From: Planctomycetota bacterium
Lineage (GTDB): Bacteria; Planctomycetota; JAJSAM01; JAJVHW01
Assembly: GCA_965248445.1 (NCBI GenBank)
Contig: CBDFJG010000003.1
Location: 256,001 to 320,000 of the forward strand
Direction: 5' to 3'
DNA length: 64,000 bases
Within the stretch, counting starts at the first letter, position 1, and each line of letters starts with the position of its first letter. The notes under the pieces were generated by a model. That model saw nothing but the letters and a program-made list of their open reading frames with translations, ran no database searches and was not told the origin of the DNA. Made by a program: the position numbers and the translations under genes. Positions 46,976 through 56,940 of this stretch are shown in pieces.

Positions 46976-48571
46976 ATGTCCTCCGAGCGCTTCTACGTCA
47001 CCACCCCGATCTACTACGTGAACGACCGTCCGCACGTGGGCCACGCGTACACGACCGTGCTGGCGGACGTGCTGGCCGGGTATCACCGCATGCTCGGCAT
47101 CCCGACGTGGTTCCTGACGGGGACCGACGAGCACGGGCAGAAGGTGCAGGAGTCAGCCCAGGCGCGAGGCATCACCCCACAGGCGCTGACCGACGAGATG
47201 TCGGAGCACTACCGGGATCTGTTTGGGCTGCTGGGAGTGCGGAACAACGACTTCATTCGCACGACGGAGGAGCGCCACACGTCGGTCGTGCGGCAGGTGC
47301 TCACGGACCTGAACGACCGCGGCGATATCTACAAGGACGCGTACGAGGGCTGGTACTGCGCCCGCTGCGAGCGGTACTGGACCGAACGGGAGGTCAAGGA
47401 GCGGGGCGGCGGGCGCTGCCCTGATCACCCTGACCGGCATGAGGTCGCGCGGGTCGCCGAGGAGAACTACTTCTTCCGCATGTCCGCCTACGCCGATCGC
47501 CTGCGGGAGGCGATCGAGACGGATGCGTTCGAGATCACTCCGGAGAAGCGCAAGAACGAAGTGCTCGGGTTCCTGCGGCAGGGACTGGGCGACCTCTGCA
47601 TCAGCCGCAGCGCGGAGCGCATGTCCTGGGGCGTGCCGCTGCCGTTCGACGAGGACTACGTCTGCTATGTCTGGGTGGACGCGCTCTTCAACTACAAGAC
47701 CGCGGTCGGGTACCGCGCCGACGACGAGCGCCATGACAAGTGGTGGCCCGCCGACGTGCACCTGATCGGCAAGGACATCCTGACGACGCACTGCGTCTAC
47801 TGGCCGACGCTGCTCATGGCGGTCGGGGAGCCGCTGCCAAGGCGGGTGCTGGCGCACGGTTGGCTGCTCGATCCCAAGGGCGGGAAGCTGAGCAAGAGCA
47901 AGCGGCTCGACGATGACGGCGGCAACGTGTCGTCCGAGCCGACGATCGAGGGACTGCTCGAGGTGCTTGGGACGGACGTGACGCGCTGGTTCCTTGCCAC
48001 GGCCGGGAAACCGGGCGACGACATGCCGTTCAAGTGGGACATCGTGCGCGAGCGCGTGAACACCGATCTCGCGAACGGACTCGGCAACACCGCGAACCGC
48101 CTGCTGAAGATGGCGGCGGGTGCGTGCGATTCGAAGTTCCCGGGCCTCGGGCCCGCGGGACCGGGCGAGCAGATCGTCCGCGCAGCAGCCGAAGCGGCCG
48201 TCGCGGCGGCCGTCCGCATTCCCGAGACCCTCGACGTGACGTCCGTCGTCACCGCCGTACGGCTCGGTGTGGACGCGATTTCCGCCTATCTGCAGGACGA
48301 GAAGCCGTGGAAGCTCGTGAAGGACGAAGCGGGACTTCCGCGGGCGCGGGAAGTCCTCGGGTGTGCGCTGGCGGCGCTGCGACTGCTCGGTCTGGCCGTG
48401 CACCCGATCCTGCCGGCGTCGAGCGACGCGCTGCGCGCGGCCCTCGGCATCGAGGGAGACGTCGACTTCGCGGCGGAGTCGTCGTTCGAGGCCTATCCGG
48501 TGGGGGCGGCGCTCGGCGAGCCGCCGAACCTGTTCCCACGGGTCAAGCCAGAGGACATCCCCGCGGCGTGA
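46976..48571 (+). CDS. metG: Methionine--tRNA ligase (short form)
   Basis: FYVTTPIYYVNDRPHVGHAYT, LTGTDEHGQK, YVWVDAL, IGKDIL, KLSKS; ends PNLFPRV without a C-terminal tRNA-binding domain. Confidence 0.95.
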   Translation: MSSERFYVTTPIYYVNDRPHVGHAYTTVLADVLAGYHRMLGIPTWFLTGTDEHGQKVQESAQARGITPQALTDEMSEHYRDLFGLLGVRNNDFIRTTEERHTSVVRQVLTDLNDRGDIYKDAYEGWYCARCERYWTEREVKERGGGRCPDHPDRHEVARVAEENYFFRMSAYADRLREAIETDAFEITPEKRKNEVLGFLRQGLGDLCISRSAERMSWGVPLPFDEDYVCYVWVDALFNYKTAVGYRADDERHDKWWPADVHLIGKDILTTHCVYWPTLLMAVGEPLPRRVLAHGWLLDPKGGKLSKSKRLDDDGGNVSSEPTIEGLLEVLGTDVTRWFLATAGKPGDDMPFKWDIVRERVNTDLANGLGNTANRLLKMAAGACDSKFPGLGPAGPGEQIVRAAAEAAVAAAVRIPETLDVTSVVTAVRLGVDAISAYLQDEKPWKLVKDEAGLPRAREVLGCALAALRLLGLAVHPILPASSDALRAALGIEGDVDFAAESSFEAYPVGAALGEPPNLFPRVKPEDIPAA

Positions 48572-48966
48572 GCGATGACCCGGTCTCCGACATCCGGCAG
48601 AAGGACGATCGCTACCCGCGCTCGGCGTACGACCTGGTGCGCGAGGCCATGCGGCACACGCTCGAGACGCTCGGGGAGCGGCGGCACGTCACCGCGAGCG
48701 AGTTGCTCGAGGGGCTCGGCGTGTTCGCGCGCGCACAGTACGGCCCGCTCGCCCGCACGGTGCTGCGCAGTTGCGGGCTGAACTCGACCGGCAACGTCGG
48801 CGACGTCGTCTTCAACCTGATCGAGGCGGAGGAATTCGGCCGCAACGAAGGCGACACGCGCGAGGACTTCGACGACGTGTACGACTTCGACACGGCGTTC
48901 CCCGGCGAGACCGGCCCGGTCACGGTCCACGATCCGCGCAAGGACGACGACATCTGGGAAGAGTGA
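48568..48966 (+). CDS. Planctomycete/Verrucomicrobia-restricted conserved protein (Minf_1886-like)
   Basis: DDRYPRSAYDLVREAM..RHVTASELLEG..QYGPLARTVL..G..STGNVGDVVFNLIE..DTREDFDDVYDF; recognised from memory of the family. Confidence 0.75.
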   Translation: MSDDPVSDIRQKDDRYPRSAYDLVREAMRHTLETLGERRHVTASELLEGLGVFARAQYGPLARTVLRSCGLNSTGNVGDVVFNLIEAEEFGRNEGDTREDFDDVYDFDTAFPGETGPVTVHDPRKDDDIWEE

Positions 48967-49001
48967 GTGAGCGCCCCCGTCTCAGGGGGCGCGACACGAA
49001 C

Positions 49002-49223
49002 GCCCGTGTGTCCTCGTTCGCGCGCCAGCGAACGAGGAACGGGAAGCCGTAAACAACGGCTTCCCGAGCGGGACAGACGCGGTGTCCGACCGTCCCTAGT
49101 CGCCCCCGTATCCATGCTCCTTCGCACGACGCTCGCGAAGAACGTCTCGGGGGCCCGTGTGTCCTCGTTCGCGCGCCAGCGAACGAGGAACGGGAAGCCG
49201 TAAACAACGGCTTCCCGAGCGGG
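49002..49223. repeat. Two identical 71-bp double-hairpin units (49002-49072, 49153-49223)
   Basis: GCCCGTGTGTCCTCGTTCGCGCGCCAGCGAACGAGGAACGGGAAGCCGTAAACAACGGCTTCCCGAGCGGG x2, period 151 bp. Confidence 0.9.
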
Positions 49224-49450
49224 GCGGACGCGGCCGCAGCGCTCAGGACGTGATCTTTTAGTGCAGATCAGAACGGGAAGCCGCCCCGGAACAGCAACAG
49301 GGTGAGAGCAGTCACCACGATGATCACGGCCTCGTCGATCAGTACGATTCGAACCACCGGGGACGCCGCTCGTACCGTCGCCCGACGCAGCCGTCCGGTC
49401 GCGGTCGCCGACGTTTCGGGCTTGCGTGGAGGATGAGCTGCGCCCGCTCG

Positions 49451-51586
49451 CTACGGGCCCGTGATCTCGGTGGTCGCCGGCAGCGGCGCACGGCGCTTGG
49501 CCGCCCACGTGCGGATCGCCTCGGGGCGCCCGCGGATCTCGGTGAGCACGTCGAGCCAGGTGGCCGTTGCCTTCGGGATCTCGCTCGTCGGCGCCCACTT
49601 GCCCGCGGTGTACGCCTCGTACTTCCCGTCCGTCTTGCGATACGCCTGCCCGTCGTCGGTGACCGCGATCGCGGGACCCTCCGGCGCCGGCTCGTTCGTG
49701 CGATCACCGAGCGGGACCGTCTCGGCGAGGATGCCGTCCAGCGCAACGATGTTCTCGTTGCGCGTGAACGACATCAGCACCTTCGGCCGCTTGGCCGAGG
49801 TGTCGAACGAGTCGTCCGGCGCGTCGTACCGGAACATGCGCCGCCCGCCCTGGCGATAGCGGTTCGCGTACCCGCTCACGCGGCCGTAGCTCGCCGTGTA
49901 GTTGGACCAGAGCGTGGCCTTGGCACTGCCGTTGTCCTGATACAGGACCGAGCGCGGCCGGAACGTCCCGCTCACGGGGTCGTACCAGCGGTTCTCCCCG
50001 AACGAGCGCGCGCACGGGTACCAGTTCTTGTTGCGCATCAAGCCGCGGCGACGGAAGCCCGTGCCGAAGACCGGCGCGCCCCTGTGGATGAAAACTCCCT
50101 GCGCTGCCGCCGTCGTCTCGGTGCTGACGGTGTTCTCCAGGATGCCCAGCGGCTTGGTCGTGTTGACGTGCAACAGGCCGCACGACGTCGGCAGCGGCAG
50201 CATGCCTTCGGGCAGGGCGTCGACCGGCTTGTACTTCGTCTTGCCGTTCTCGCTCATGAACCACATGCCGTCCGCCCAGGCGTAGTACGCGCCAGCGAAG
50301 CCGATGACGTCGTCTTCGCTGTTGGTGACGAGACGTGCCGTGGTCCCTTCGATGGGCGCGGTCTGCGGATCCTTGCCCTTCATCCGCACGTCGGCGCGTA
50401 CGCGCTTCTTGATCGTCGCCCGCTGGCGCAGATTCGCGCGCGCCACGGCCTCGTTCGCCTGCGGCGTGCCGGGGACGCAAGAGAGCATGTGGCCCTTCAC
50501 GTGGTCCGCGGGAATCTGCGCGAACTCCGGCGGCAGGTTGCCGAAGTTGGCGCCCCACGGGCCATCGATCTTGTCCGCGGTGAACCAGCGGCCGGAGATC
50601 AGCAGGTAGTACTTGAGCGACTTGGGGTGGAACAGCAGGTCGCTCTCCGTGTTCGCCACGACCTGGAGTTTGTCGCCGGGCATCAGCATGAAGAGCGGAT
50701 CACCGAGCAGGCGCACGAGTTCTGCGGGCTTCTGCCGCACGATCACCTGGGGCAGCGGATCGGGGGGTTTGGGTGCGCCGTCGGGGAACCGCCGCTTGAA
50801 CCTGCGCGTGCCGGGGATGAAACGGCGCATGTGTCCGCGCGCGTGATCCACGGGCAACTGCGTCAGTGCGATGGGCAGCTTCTCGGGCGACGCCCATGGG
50901 CCGACGAGTGAATCGGCCTTCAGCCAGTAGCCGTCCAGCAGCAGGAACCACTTGCCGTTCGAATTCTTCAGCAGGTCGGCTGCGCTGTTCGCAACGTACT
51001 CGAGCGGCAGATCGCCGAGCGGCTGCATCACGGGTTCGCCGTCGATCTGCACGAGCACCGACGGCCGCCGCCGCACGATGATCTCGGGGGGCGTGATCTT
51101 CAGCTTGATTCCAGCGTCCGCGTGCGTTTGCCCCGGGCGGGCGGTGATCAGTTCGAGCCGCAGAACGTGACGCTTGGGCCAGGCTTCCGGAAGCGCCGCG
51201 GCGAGTTCTGCGCCCTTCTCGAGGGACGGCACCGCCGCCGTGAGCGTCTCGGCCGTTATCCCGTCAATCTGCACCAGGCCCGCCGGGACGTCGAGCCGCG
51301 CCGTTCCACTGACGGCGACCACTCCCATGTGGGTGCCGCCCAACGAGTCCGTCACTTCGATCGGGATGCGGAGAGAGACGGCACGCGTCTCGTCGTCGTA
51401 GGAGACGACCTCCGGCTCGTGAAGGGCGACCTTGCGTCCGGCGGCCTTGATGCTCCGCGGGTAGACCCAGGGGGTGGGGTTCTCGGACTTCGCCTCCTGT
51501 GCGCCGGCCGGTGGGGCCACGGCGGTGGAGGCGAGGACGAGCGCGAGGGCGGCGAGGACGGCGAGGACGGCGAGGCATGGACGCAT
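49451..51586 (-). CDS. Large secreted protein of unknown function
   Basis: Signal peptide; duplicated module PPEIIVRRRPSVLVQIDGEP..YVANSAADL / PQVIVRQKPAELVRLLGDP..VANTESDLL. Confidence 0.75.
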   Translation of the reverse strand: MRPCLAVLAVLAALALVLASTAVAPPAGAQEAKSENPTPWVYPRSIKAAGRKVALHEPEVVSYDDETRAVSLRIPIEVTDSLGGTHMGVVAVSGTARLDVPAGLVQIDGITAETLTAAVPSLEKGAELAAALPEAWPKRHVLRLELITARPGQTHADAGIKLKITPPEIIVRRRPSVLVQIDGEPVMQPLGDLPLEYVANSAADLLKNSNGKWFLLLDGYWLKADSLVGPWASPEKLPIALTQLPVDHARGHMRRFIPGTRRFKRRFPDGAPKPPDPLPQVIVRQKPAELVRLLGDPLFMLMPGDKLQVVANTESDLLFHPKSLKYYLLISGRWFTADKIDGPWGANFGNLPPEFAQIPADHVKGHMLSCVPGTPQANEAVARANLRQRATIKKRVRADVRMKGKDPQTAPIEGTTARLVTNSEDDVIGFAGAYYAWADGMWFMSENGKTKYKPVDALPEGMLPLPTSCGLLHVNTTKPLGILENTVSTETTAAAQGVFIHRGAPVFGTGFRRRGLMRNKNWYPCARSFGENRWYDPVSGTFRPRSVLYQDNGSAKATLWSNYTASYGRVSGYANRYRQGGRRMFRYDAPDDSFDTSAKRPKVLMSFTRNENIVALDGILAETVPLGDRTNEPAPEGPAIAVTDDGQAYRKTDGKYEAYTAGKWAPTSEIPKATATWLDVLTEIRGRPEAIRTWAAKRRAPLPATTEITGP

Positions 51587-51658
51587 GGCGAGGGTCTCCT
51601 CCGGATCGCCGAAACGTTACCAGCCGCCAGGCTGCACGAGCCGCGTATCCTGCGCCCC

Positions 51659-52453
51659 ATGGCGCGCCCGCGCATCGTCTCCCTCTTCACGGACTTCGGC
51701 ACCACCGATGTCTACGCCGGGGTGGTCCGCGGGCTGATCAGGACGATGGCGCCGGAGGCCGAGGTTCTGGACGTCACGCACGGCATCACGCCTGGAGACC
51801 GCCACGAAGCGGCTTTCATGCTGCTTTCGGCGGTCCCGTTCCTCCCCCGGGGCTCCATCCACCTCTGTGTGGTCGACCCGGGTGTCGGCACTGAGCGTCG
51901 GATCATTGCCGTTCGTGCCGCCGGGCACACCTTCGTGGGGCCGGACAACGGGTGCCTCGCGCCGGTCGTCGAGGCGCTGGGCGGTGCCGCGGAACGGCGG
52001 TACGTCACCAATGAGAAACTGCAGCGGCGGCGGCGCAGCGAGACGTTCCACGGCCGCGACATCATGGCGCCGGTGGTCGCCCACCTGGTCCGGGGCATCG
52101 ATTTCGCCAACGTCGGCGAGGAGGCGCAGGGACTCGTGTCGCTACCGGGCTTCGAGCCGGAGGAGGATGGCGATGTCGTGCGCGGCCGCGTGCTGCACAC
52201 CGACCGGTTCGGGAACCTCGCCACGAACCTGCTACTGGATGAAGTGCCGGGACTGGGGAGCGAGCGCATCCTCGCGGTCAACGGCACGGACGTCCCCCGA
52301 TTGGGTGCAACGTTCGCTGACGTCGGGATCGGCGAGCTCGTCGTCTACGTGGGCAGCGTGGGCTTCCTGGAGGTCGGTGTGCGCAACGGTAATGCGTCGG
52401 AGCGGCTGCAGGCCGGCAACGGCACACTGGTCACGGCGAGGAAGACCACGTGA
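51659..52453 (+). CDS. SAM hydroxide adenosyltransferase (DUF62 family)
   Basis: FTDFGTTD.Y, DVTHGI, VVDPGVGTERR, GPDNG, SETFHGRDIMAP, DRFGN. Confidence 0.88.
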   Translation: MARPRIVSLFTDFGTTDVYAGVVRGLIRTMAPEAEVLDVTHGITPGDRHEAAFMLLSAVPFLPRGSIHLCVVDPGVGTERRIIAVRAAGHTFVGPDNGCLAPVVEALGGAAERRYVTNEKLQRRRRSETFHGRDIMAPVVAHLVRGIDFANVGEEAQGLVSLPGFEPEEDGDVVRGRVLHTDRFGNLATNLLLDEVPGLGSERILAVNGTDVPRLGATFADVGIGELVVYVGSVGFLEVGVRNGNASERLQAGNGTLVTARKTT

Positions 52454-53673
52454 GACTCGTCTACCTCGACCCGTTCTCTGGGATCGCCGGCGACATGCTC
52501 GTCGGTGCGTTGCTCGATCTCGGCGCGTCGTTCGACGCCGTGCGCGCGGGCCTGTCGCGGCTGGACGTCGAACCGTATGAACTGCGCGTGGGGGAGGTCA
52601 GCCGCGGCGCCCTGCGTGCGACCAAGTTCGACGTGCTCGTCGGAGGACACTACGCCGACTCCCACGAACACCGAGAACACGCGCACGGCGCCCCGCATGT
52701 CCCTGTGCGCGGGCTGCGCGAGATCCGGGCGATCATCGAGAACGCTGATCTGCCCGAGCGAGTGCGTGAACGCTCCCTCGCGGCGTTCCGGCTGCTGGCG
52801 GAGGCGGAGGGCGGCGTGCACGGCGCCGCTCCCGACGAGGTCCACTTCCATGAGGTGGGTGCCGTGGACGCGCTCTGTGACATCGTCGGCACCGCGCTCG
52901 CCCTCGAAGACCTGGGCGTCGACGGTGTCCGCTGTGGCGTGCTGCGGGTCGGTTCGGGGTTCGTGCAGTGCGCGCACGGCAAGCTGCCCGTGCCGGGCCC
53001 GGCGACGATCGCGTGTCTTGCAGGCTTCGACGTGCGCTTCGACGACGGTCGCGGCGAACTCGTGACGCCGACGGGCGCGTGCCTGGTGGGAGCACTCGCC
53101 ATGCCCGGCCGCCCCGTGCAGATGCGCGTGGACCGTGTGGGGTACGGCGCAGGCACTCGCGATGACACCGACGTGCCGAACGTGCTGCGCGCCGTGCTCG
53201 GTGAGGTCGTCGAGGAAGACGGCGAACAGATCCTCGAGATCCGGACGAACGTCGACCACCTCGCGCCCAACGTTCTGGCCGCCGCCATGGAACGGGTGCT
53301 CGCTGCCGGGGCCATCGACGCCTACACGGCGCCCGTGACGATGAAGAAGGGGCGCGCAGCCCACGTGGTGACGGCGCTGGTCCCGCGCTCCCGGCGGGAC
53401 GATGTCGAGGCGGTGCTGTTCCGCGAGACGGGAACGCTCGGTGTACGGGTGACGCCGGTCGAGCGCACGGTGCTCGAGCGGTCGTTCCTGACGGCCGAGA
53501 CGCCGTGGGGTTCGGTGCCAGTGAAGGTCGGGCGCCACGGTGGCCACGTGACCAGCAGGGAGCCCGAGATGGATGTCTGCCGGCGCCTGGCGGACGAGCA
53601 CAGCGTGCCCGTCGCGGACGTGGTCGCGGCCGCGAGGCGGGCGCAGTTGGGTCCCTCCGGCGAACCGGGGTAG
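52450..53673 (+). CDS. larC: Nickel pincer cofactor biosynthesis protein LarC
   Basis: GIAGDMLVGALLDLG, His-rich insert, VHFHEVGAVD, HGKLPVPGPAT, GELVTPTGA, GYGAG, MKKGR, ETGTLGVR. Confidence 0.92.
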   Translation: MRLVYLDPFSGIAGDMLVGALLDLGASFDAVRAGLSRLDVEPYELRVGEVSRGALRATKFDVLVGGHYADSHEHREHAHGAPHVPVRGLREIRAIIENADLPERVRERSLAAFRLLAEAEGGVHGAAPDEVHFHEVGAVDALCDIVGTALALEDLGVDGVRCGVLRVGSGFVQCAHGKLPVPGPATIACLAGFDVRFDDGRGELVTPTGACLVGALAMPGRPVQMRVDRVGYGAGTRDDTDVPNVLRAVLGEVVEEDGEQILEIRTNVDHLAPNVLAAAMERVLAAGAIDAYTAPVTMKKGRAAHVVTALVPRSRRDDVEAVLFRETGTLGVRVTPVERTVLERSFLTAETPWGSVPVKVGRHGGHVTSREPEMDVCRRLADEHSVPVADVVAAARRAQLGPSGEPG

Positions 53674-53682
53674 GTTCAAGGC

Positions 53683-55065
53683 GTGAGCACAGCCGGTCCT
53701 GACGAGAAGCCTCCGCACGCGATGTCGGTCCTGCTCGTCGACGACGAGAAGACGATCGCGATCACGCTGCGCGATGCGCTGACCGACGACGGCCACGACG
53801 TGATCCTGGCGCCGGACGGCCTGGCGGCCCGGAGGCACGTCGAGGAGCGCACGTTCGATGTCGTCGTGACCGACCTCAAGATGCCCGGCATGCCGGGCAT
53901 GGAGGTCCTGCGACTGGTGAAGTCCCACCACCCCGACACCGAGGTCATCGTGATGACCGGCTACGGCACGGTCGAGACGGCGGTCGAGGCGATGAAGGCT
54001 GGCGCGTACGAGTACGTGCTCAAGCCGTTCCTGAACGAGAAGATCGTGCTCCTGCTGCGCCGCATCGCGGAGCAGCGGCAGCTCGTGCTCGAGAACCGCG
54101 CGCTGCGCGAGCAGCTCGGCCGCGCACAGAGCATGGAGGGGCTGATCGGCCAGTCCCGGCCGATGCGCCAGGTGTTCCAGACCATCCGGCTCGTTGCCTC
54201 GCAGGACGCCCGCGTGCTCGTGACCGGTGAGTCCGGAACCGGCAAGGAACTGGTTGCGCGCGCACTCCACAATCTGTCGTCCTGCCGTTCGCAGCCGCTG
54301 GTCGCCATCGCGTGCGCCGCGGTTCCCGAGCCGCTACTCGAGGACACGCTATTCGGTCACGAGGCCGGTGCGTACACCGGAGCGCAGGGCGAACGTGTGG
54401 GCCGCTTCGAGTACGCATCCGGCGGAACGGTGTTCCTCGACGACATCGACGACATGCCGCTGTCCACGCAGGTCAAGCTGCTGCGCGTCCTGCAGGAGGG
54501 CGAGATCGAGCGGCTCGGCGGGCAGTCGCCGATCAAGGTGGACGTCCGTGTGATCGCCGCGACGAAGGTCGATCTGCACGACGCGGTCGAGGACGGACGA
54601 TTCCGCCGCGACCTGTACTACCGCTTGAACGTCGTGCCGGTCGAACTGCCGCCGCTGCGGGACCGCGGCGACGATATCAAGCTGCTGTCCCAGCACTTCG
54701 TCGAAATGTTCGCGCACGGCAAGCCGTACCGGATCGACGACGCGACGATGGACGAGATGGTGCGCTACTCCTGGCCCGGCAACGTCCGCGAACTCGAACA
54801 CGCGATCGAACGCGCGATCGCGTTGGCCGGCGGGGAGGAGACCCTGCGGCGCGCGCACATCCTCGGCTCGAAGCCGGTCCCCGAGCGTCGCCCGGCCCCT
54901 GCGCGCGTGACAACGCTGCGCAGCGCCGTCGAGGAGACAGAACAGCTCGCGATCCGCGCCGCCCTCGAACACACCGGCGGCCGCAAGGCCGAGGCCGCCG
55001 CCGTCCTCGGCATCTCCCGCAAGAACTTGTGGGAGAAGATGAAGGGGTACGGGATCGAGGTCTGA
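53683..55065 (+). CDS. Sigma-54-dependent response regulator (NtrC/AtoC family)
   Basis: Receiver (LLVDDE, TDLKMPG); [45 protein letters not shown]; Fis-type HTH. Confidence 0.93.
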   Translation: MSTAGPDEKPPHAMSVLLVDDEKTIAITLRDALTDDGHDVILAPDGLAARRHVEERTFDVVVTDLKMPGMPGMEVLRLVKSHHPDTEVIVMTGYGTVETAVEAMKAGAYEYVLKPFLNEKIVLLLRRIAEQRQLVLENRALREQLGRAQSMEGLIGQSRPMRQVFQTIRLVASQDARVLVTGESGTGKELVARALHNLSSCRSQPLVAIACAAVPEPLLEDTLFGHEAGAYTGAQGERVGRFEYASGGTVFLDDIDDMPLSTQVKLLRVLQEGEIERLGGQSPIKVDVRVIAATKVDLHDAVEDGRFRRDLYYRLNVVPVELPPLRDRGDDIKLLSQHFVEMFAHGKPYRIDDATMDEMVRYSWPGNVRELEHAIERAIALAGGEETLRRAHILGSKPVPERRPAPARVTTLRSAVEETEQLAIRAALEHTGGRKAEAAAVLGISRKNLWEKMKGYGIEV

Positions 55066-55332
55066 AGGCACGGAACGCTGCGAAGCAGCGTCCGCGCCTT
55101 CAGACCTCTTCGCGCCGATTGCGTAGCAATCGGCGCGCCCCGTAGTTGTTGTTGGGGCCGCTCTCGCGGCCGGGGGGCTCGCCCGCAAGTTCCGGCTCAC
55201 ATGCCGGCGCGCTCGCTCGGCCCGATTCGGCGCCGTCACGCCGTGTGCGCTGCACACGGCCCGCCGTCGTGCCCCGCGCTGGGGCGCGGGGCTGCTTCGC
55301 GCGAGCGCGTGACACGGTGGGACACTCTGGCG

Positions 55333-55974
55333 ATGCGCTACGTGCTACCGGGGATGGGGGCGACGTCGGCGATGTACGCCGGACCCTGGCGGTCGCTCTC
55401 TGACACGGAATTCCTCGACTGGTCCGAGATCGTCGGTGAGGTCAACCTGGCCCGTATCGCGGACGTCCTGATCGATGCGTGCGAGATTCAGCCCACCGAC
55501 GAACTCGTCGGTTCCTCACTCGGTGGGATCGTCGCGCTCGAGATTGCCGAGCGCATCCGTACAGAGCGCGTCGTGCTCGTGGGGAGCGCGCGACGTCGCG
55601 ACGAGATCCGCCGTGTGCTGACCGCTCTGGCAACGCTCGCCGCTGTCACGCCGATCCGCTTCATCCACGCCCTCGCCGGCAAGTCGGGAGGCGATCTCGG
55701 ACAGATGTTCGCCGACGTTGACGCGGCGTTCATCCGCGGGGCCTGCCGCGCCCTGGGCGCTGGGAGGCACCCGCACGCGCCGACACGGAGATCCGCCGGA
55801 TTCACGGCGCGCTCGATCTCGTCAATCCCGTGTCCGCCGGACGCGACGGCGCTGCAGGGCGGCGGTCACCTCATCGCGATGACCCACCCGGCCGAGTGCG
55901 TTGCGTTCCTCACCACGTGTTGGACGAATGAACGGGCGGGGCAGCGCCCCGCCCCTACACCGGGCAGTTCCTGA
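55333..55974 (+). CDS. Alpha/beta hydrolase with an internal out-of-frame segment
   Basis: LPGMGA, GSSLGG nucleophile elbow, GGHL; the expected IHGxxD motif lies in the -1 frame at 55761-55823. Confidence 0.7.
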   Translation: MRYVLPGMGATSAMYAGPWRSLSDTEFLDWSEIVGEVNLARIADVLIDACEIQPTDELVGSSLGGIVALEIAERIRTERVVLVGSARRRDEIRRVLTALATLAAVTPIRFIHALAGKSGGDLGQMFADVDAAFIRGACRALGAGRHPHAPTRRSAGFTARSISSIPCPPDATALQGGGHLIAMTHPAECVAFLTTCWTNERAGQRPAPTPGSS

Positions 55975-56007
55975 TGGGCCATGTGGCCGCTCGCGTGGCG
56001 ACCCGTC

Positions 56008-56394
56008 TCAGAACGAGTTCGTGTCGGGGGGATACAGCGGGTCCCACCGCTCCCGCACGGCCGGGACCAAGGTCCGAACGCGTGCGTCGCGGTAGACGAT
56101 CTCCCAGCTGCATTCGCATCCAGGTGGCGGCGAGATCTCTCGGAAAAACAGCTGCTCCGGCCGATCCCATCCGAGGAAGCGCAGGCCATCTCGATGCGCC
56201 AACTCATACAGGAAAGTCTGCGGCGCTACGTTGGGCGAGCCAACGGACAGAGTGAGCTCTTGGATCTGGCGCTCCGGCCAAGCGGTGAGTCCGGCCAGGG
56301 ACAGCATGAGCAGTGCGAACGCGGCCGAGCGGAGTATCGCTCCGATGTTCGCTCCGGCCGCCGGTCGACGTGGAGCCTGCAGGAGTTGTTGCAT
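56008..56394 (-). CDS. Hypothetical membrane-anchored protein
   Basis: Hydrophobic helix AILRSAAFALLMLSLAGLTAW; no family recognised; start uncertain. Confidence 0.3.
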   Translation of the reverse strand: MQQLLQAPRRPAAGANIGAILRSAAFALLMLSLAGLTAWPERQIQELTLSVGSPNVAPQTFLYELAHRDGLRFLGWDRPEQLFFREISPPPGCECSWEIVYRDARVRTLVPAVRERWDPLYPPDTNSF

Positions 56395-56449
56395 CCCGCT
56401 GAGTGTCTCTGCCCCGCGTCATGACCTCATCAGCGCCAGGAGTTGACGC

Positions 56450-56933
56450 CGTGCCACCCGGCTGTCCGACTAACCGCCGCAGCGGTTGGTGCGGGTGTTC
56501 GCCGCGGGCCCACCTTCGTTCAAGCCGGCGGGGTGCGTGCCACGCACGCAGCGTGACGGCGTAGTGGGCCGAACGAGTGCCACGACCGAGGGGGTACGGG
56601 GTCCGGGTGTCGCCCGCCGGGCACTCGGGCGGCCCCAGACAACAACAGGGAGGATGACTGGCGCGTCGACTGCTGCGCAGTCGGCGTGCCACCGGCTGTC
56701 TGATTAGCCGCCGCAGCGGTTGGTCCAGGTGTTCGCAGCTGTGCCACCCTCGTTCAAGCTGGCGGGATGCGTGCAATGCACGCAGCGTGACGGCGTAGTG
56801 GGCCGAACGAGTGCCACGGCCGAGGGGCACGGGGTCCGGTCGTAGTCCGCCGGGCACTCGGGCGGCCCCAGACAACAACAGGGAGGATGACTGGCGCGTC
56901 GACTGCTGCGCAGTCGGCGTGCCACCGGCTGTC
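56450..56933. repeat. Tandem ~234-bp structured repeat (2 units plus the first 16 bp of a third)
   Basis: Units start CGTGCCACC(C)GGCTGTC at 56450, 56685 and 56918; the 3' ~65 bp are identical and the 5' parts have diverged. Confidence 0.9.
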
Positions 56934-56940
56934 TCTCTAA

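Noticed and set aside
49002..49223. CRISPR array
   Set aside because: Only two 71-bp units with an 80-bp gap, and no cas genes in the window.
51659..52453. Fluorinase/chlorinase
   Set aside because: It retains the Asp-Arg-His residues (DPGVGTER, TFHGRD) typical of DUF62 SAM hydrolases.
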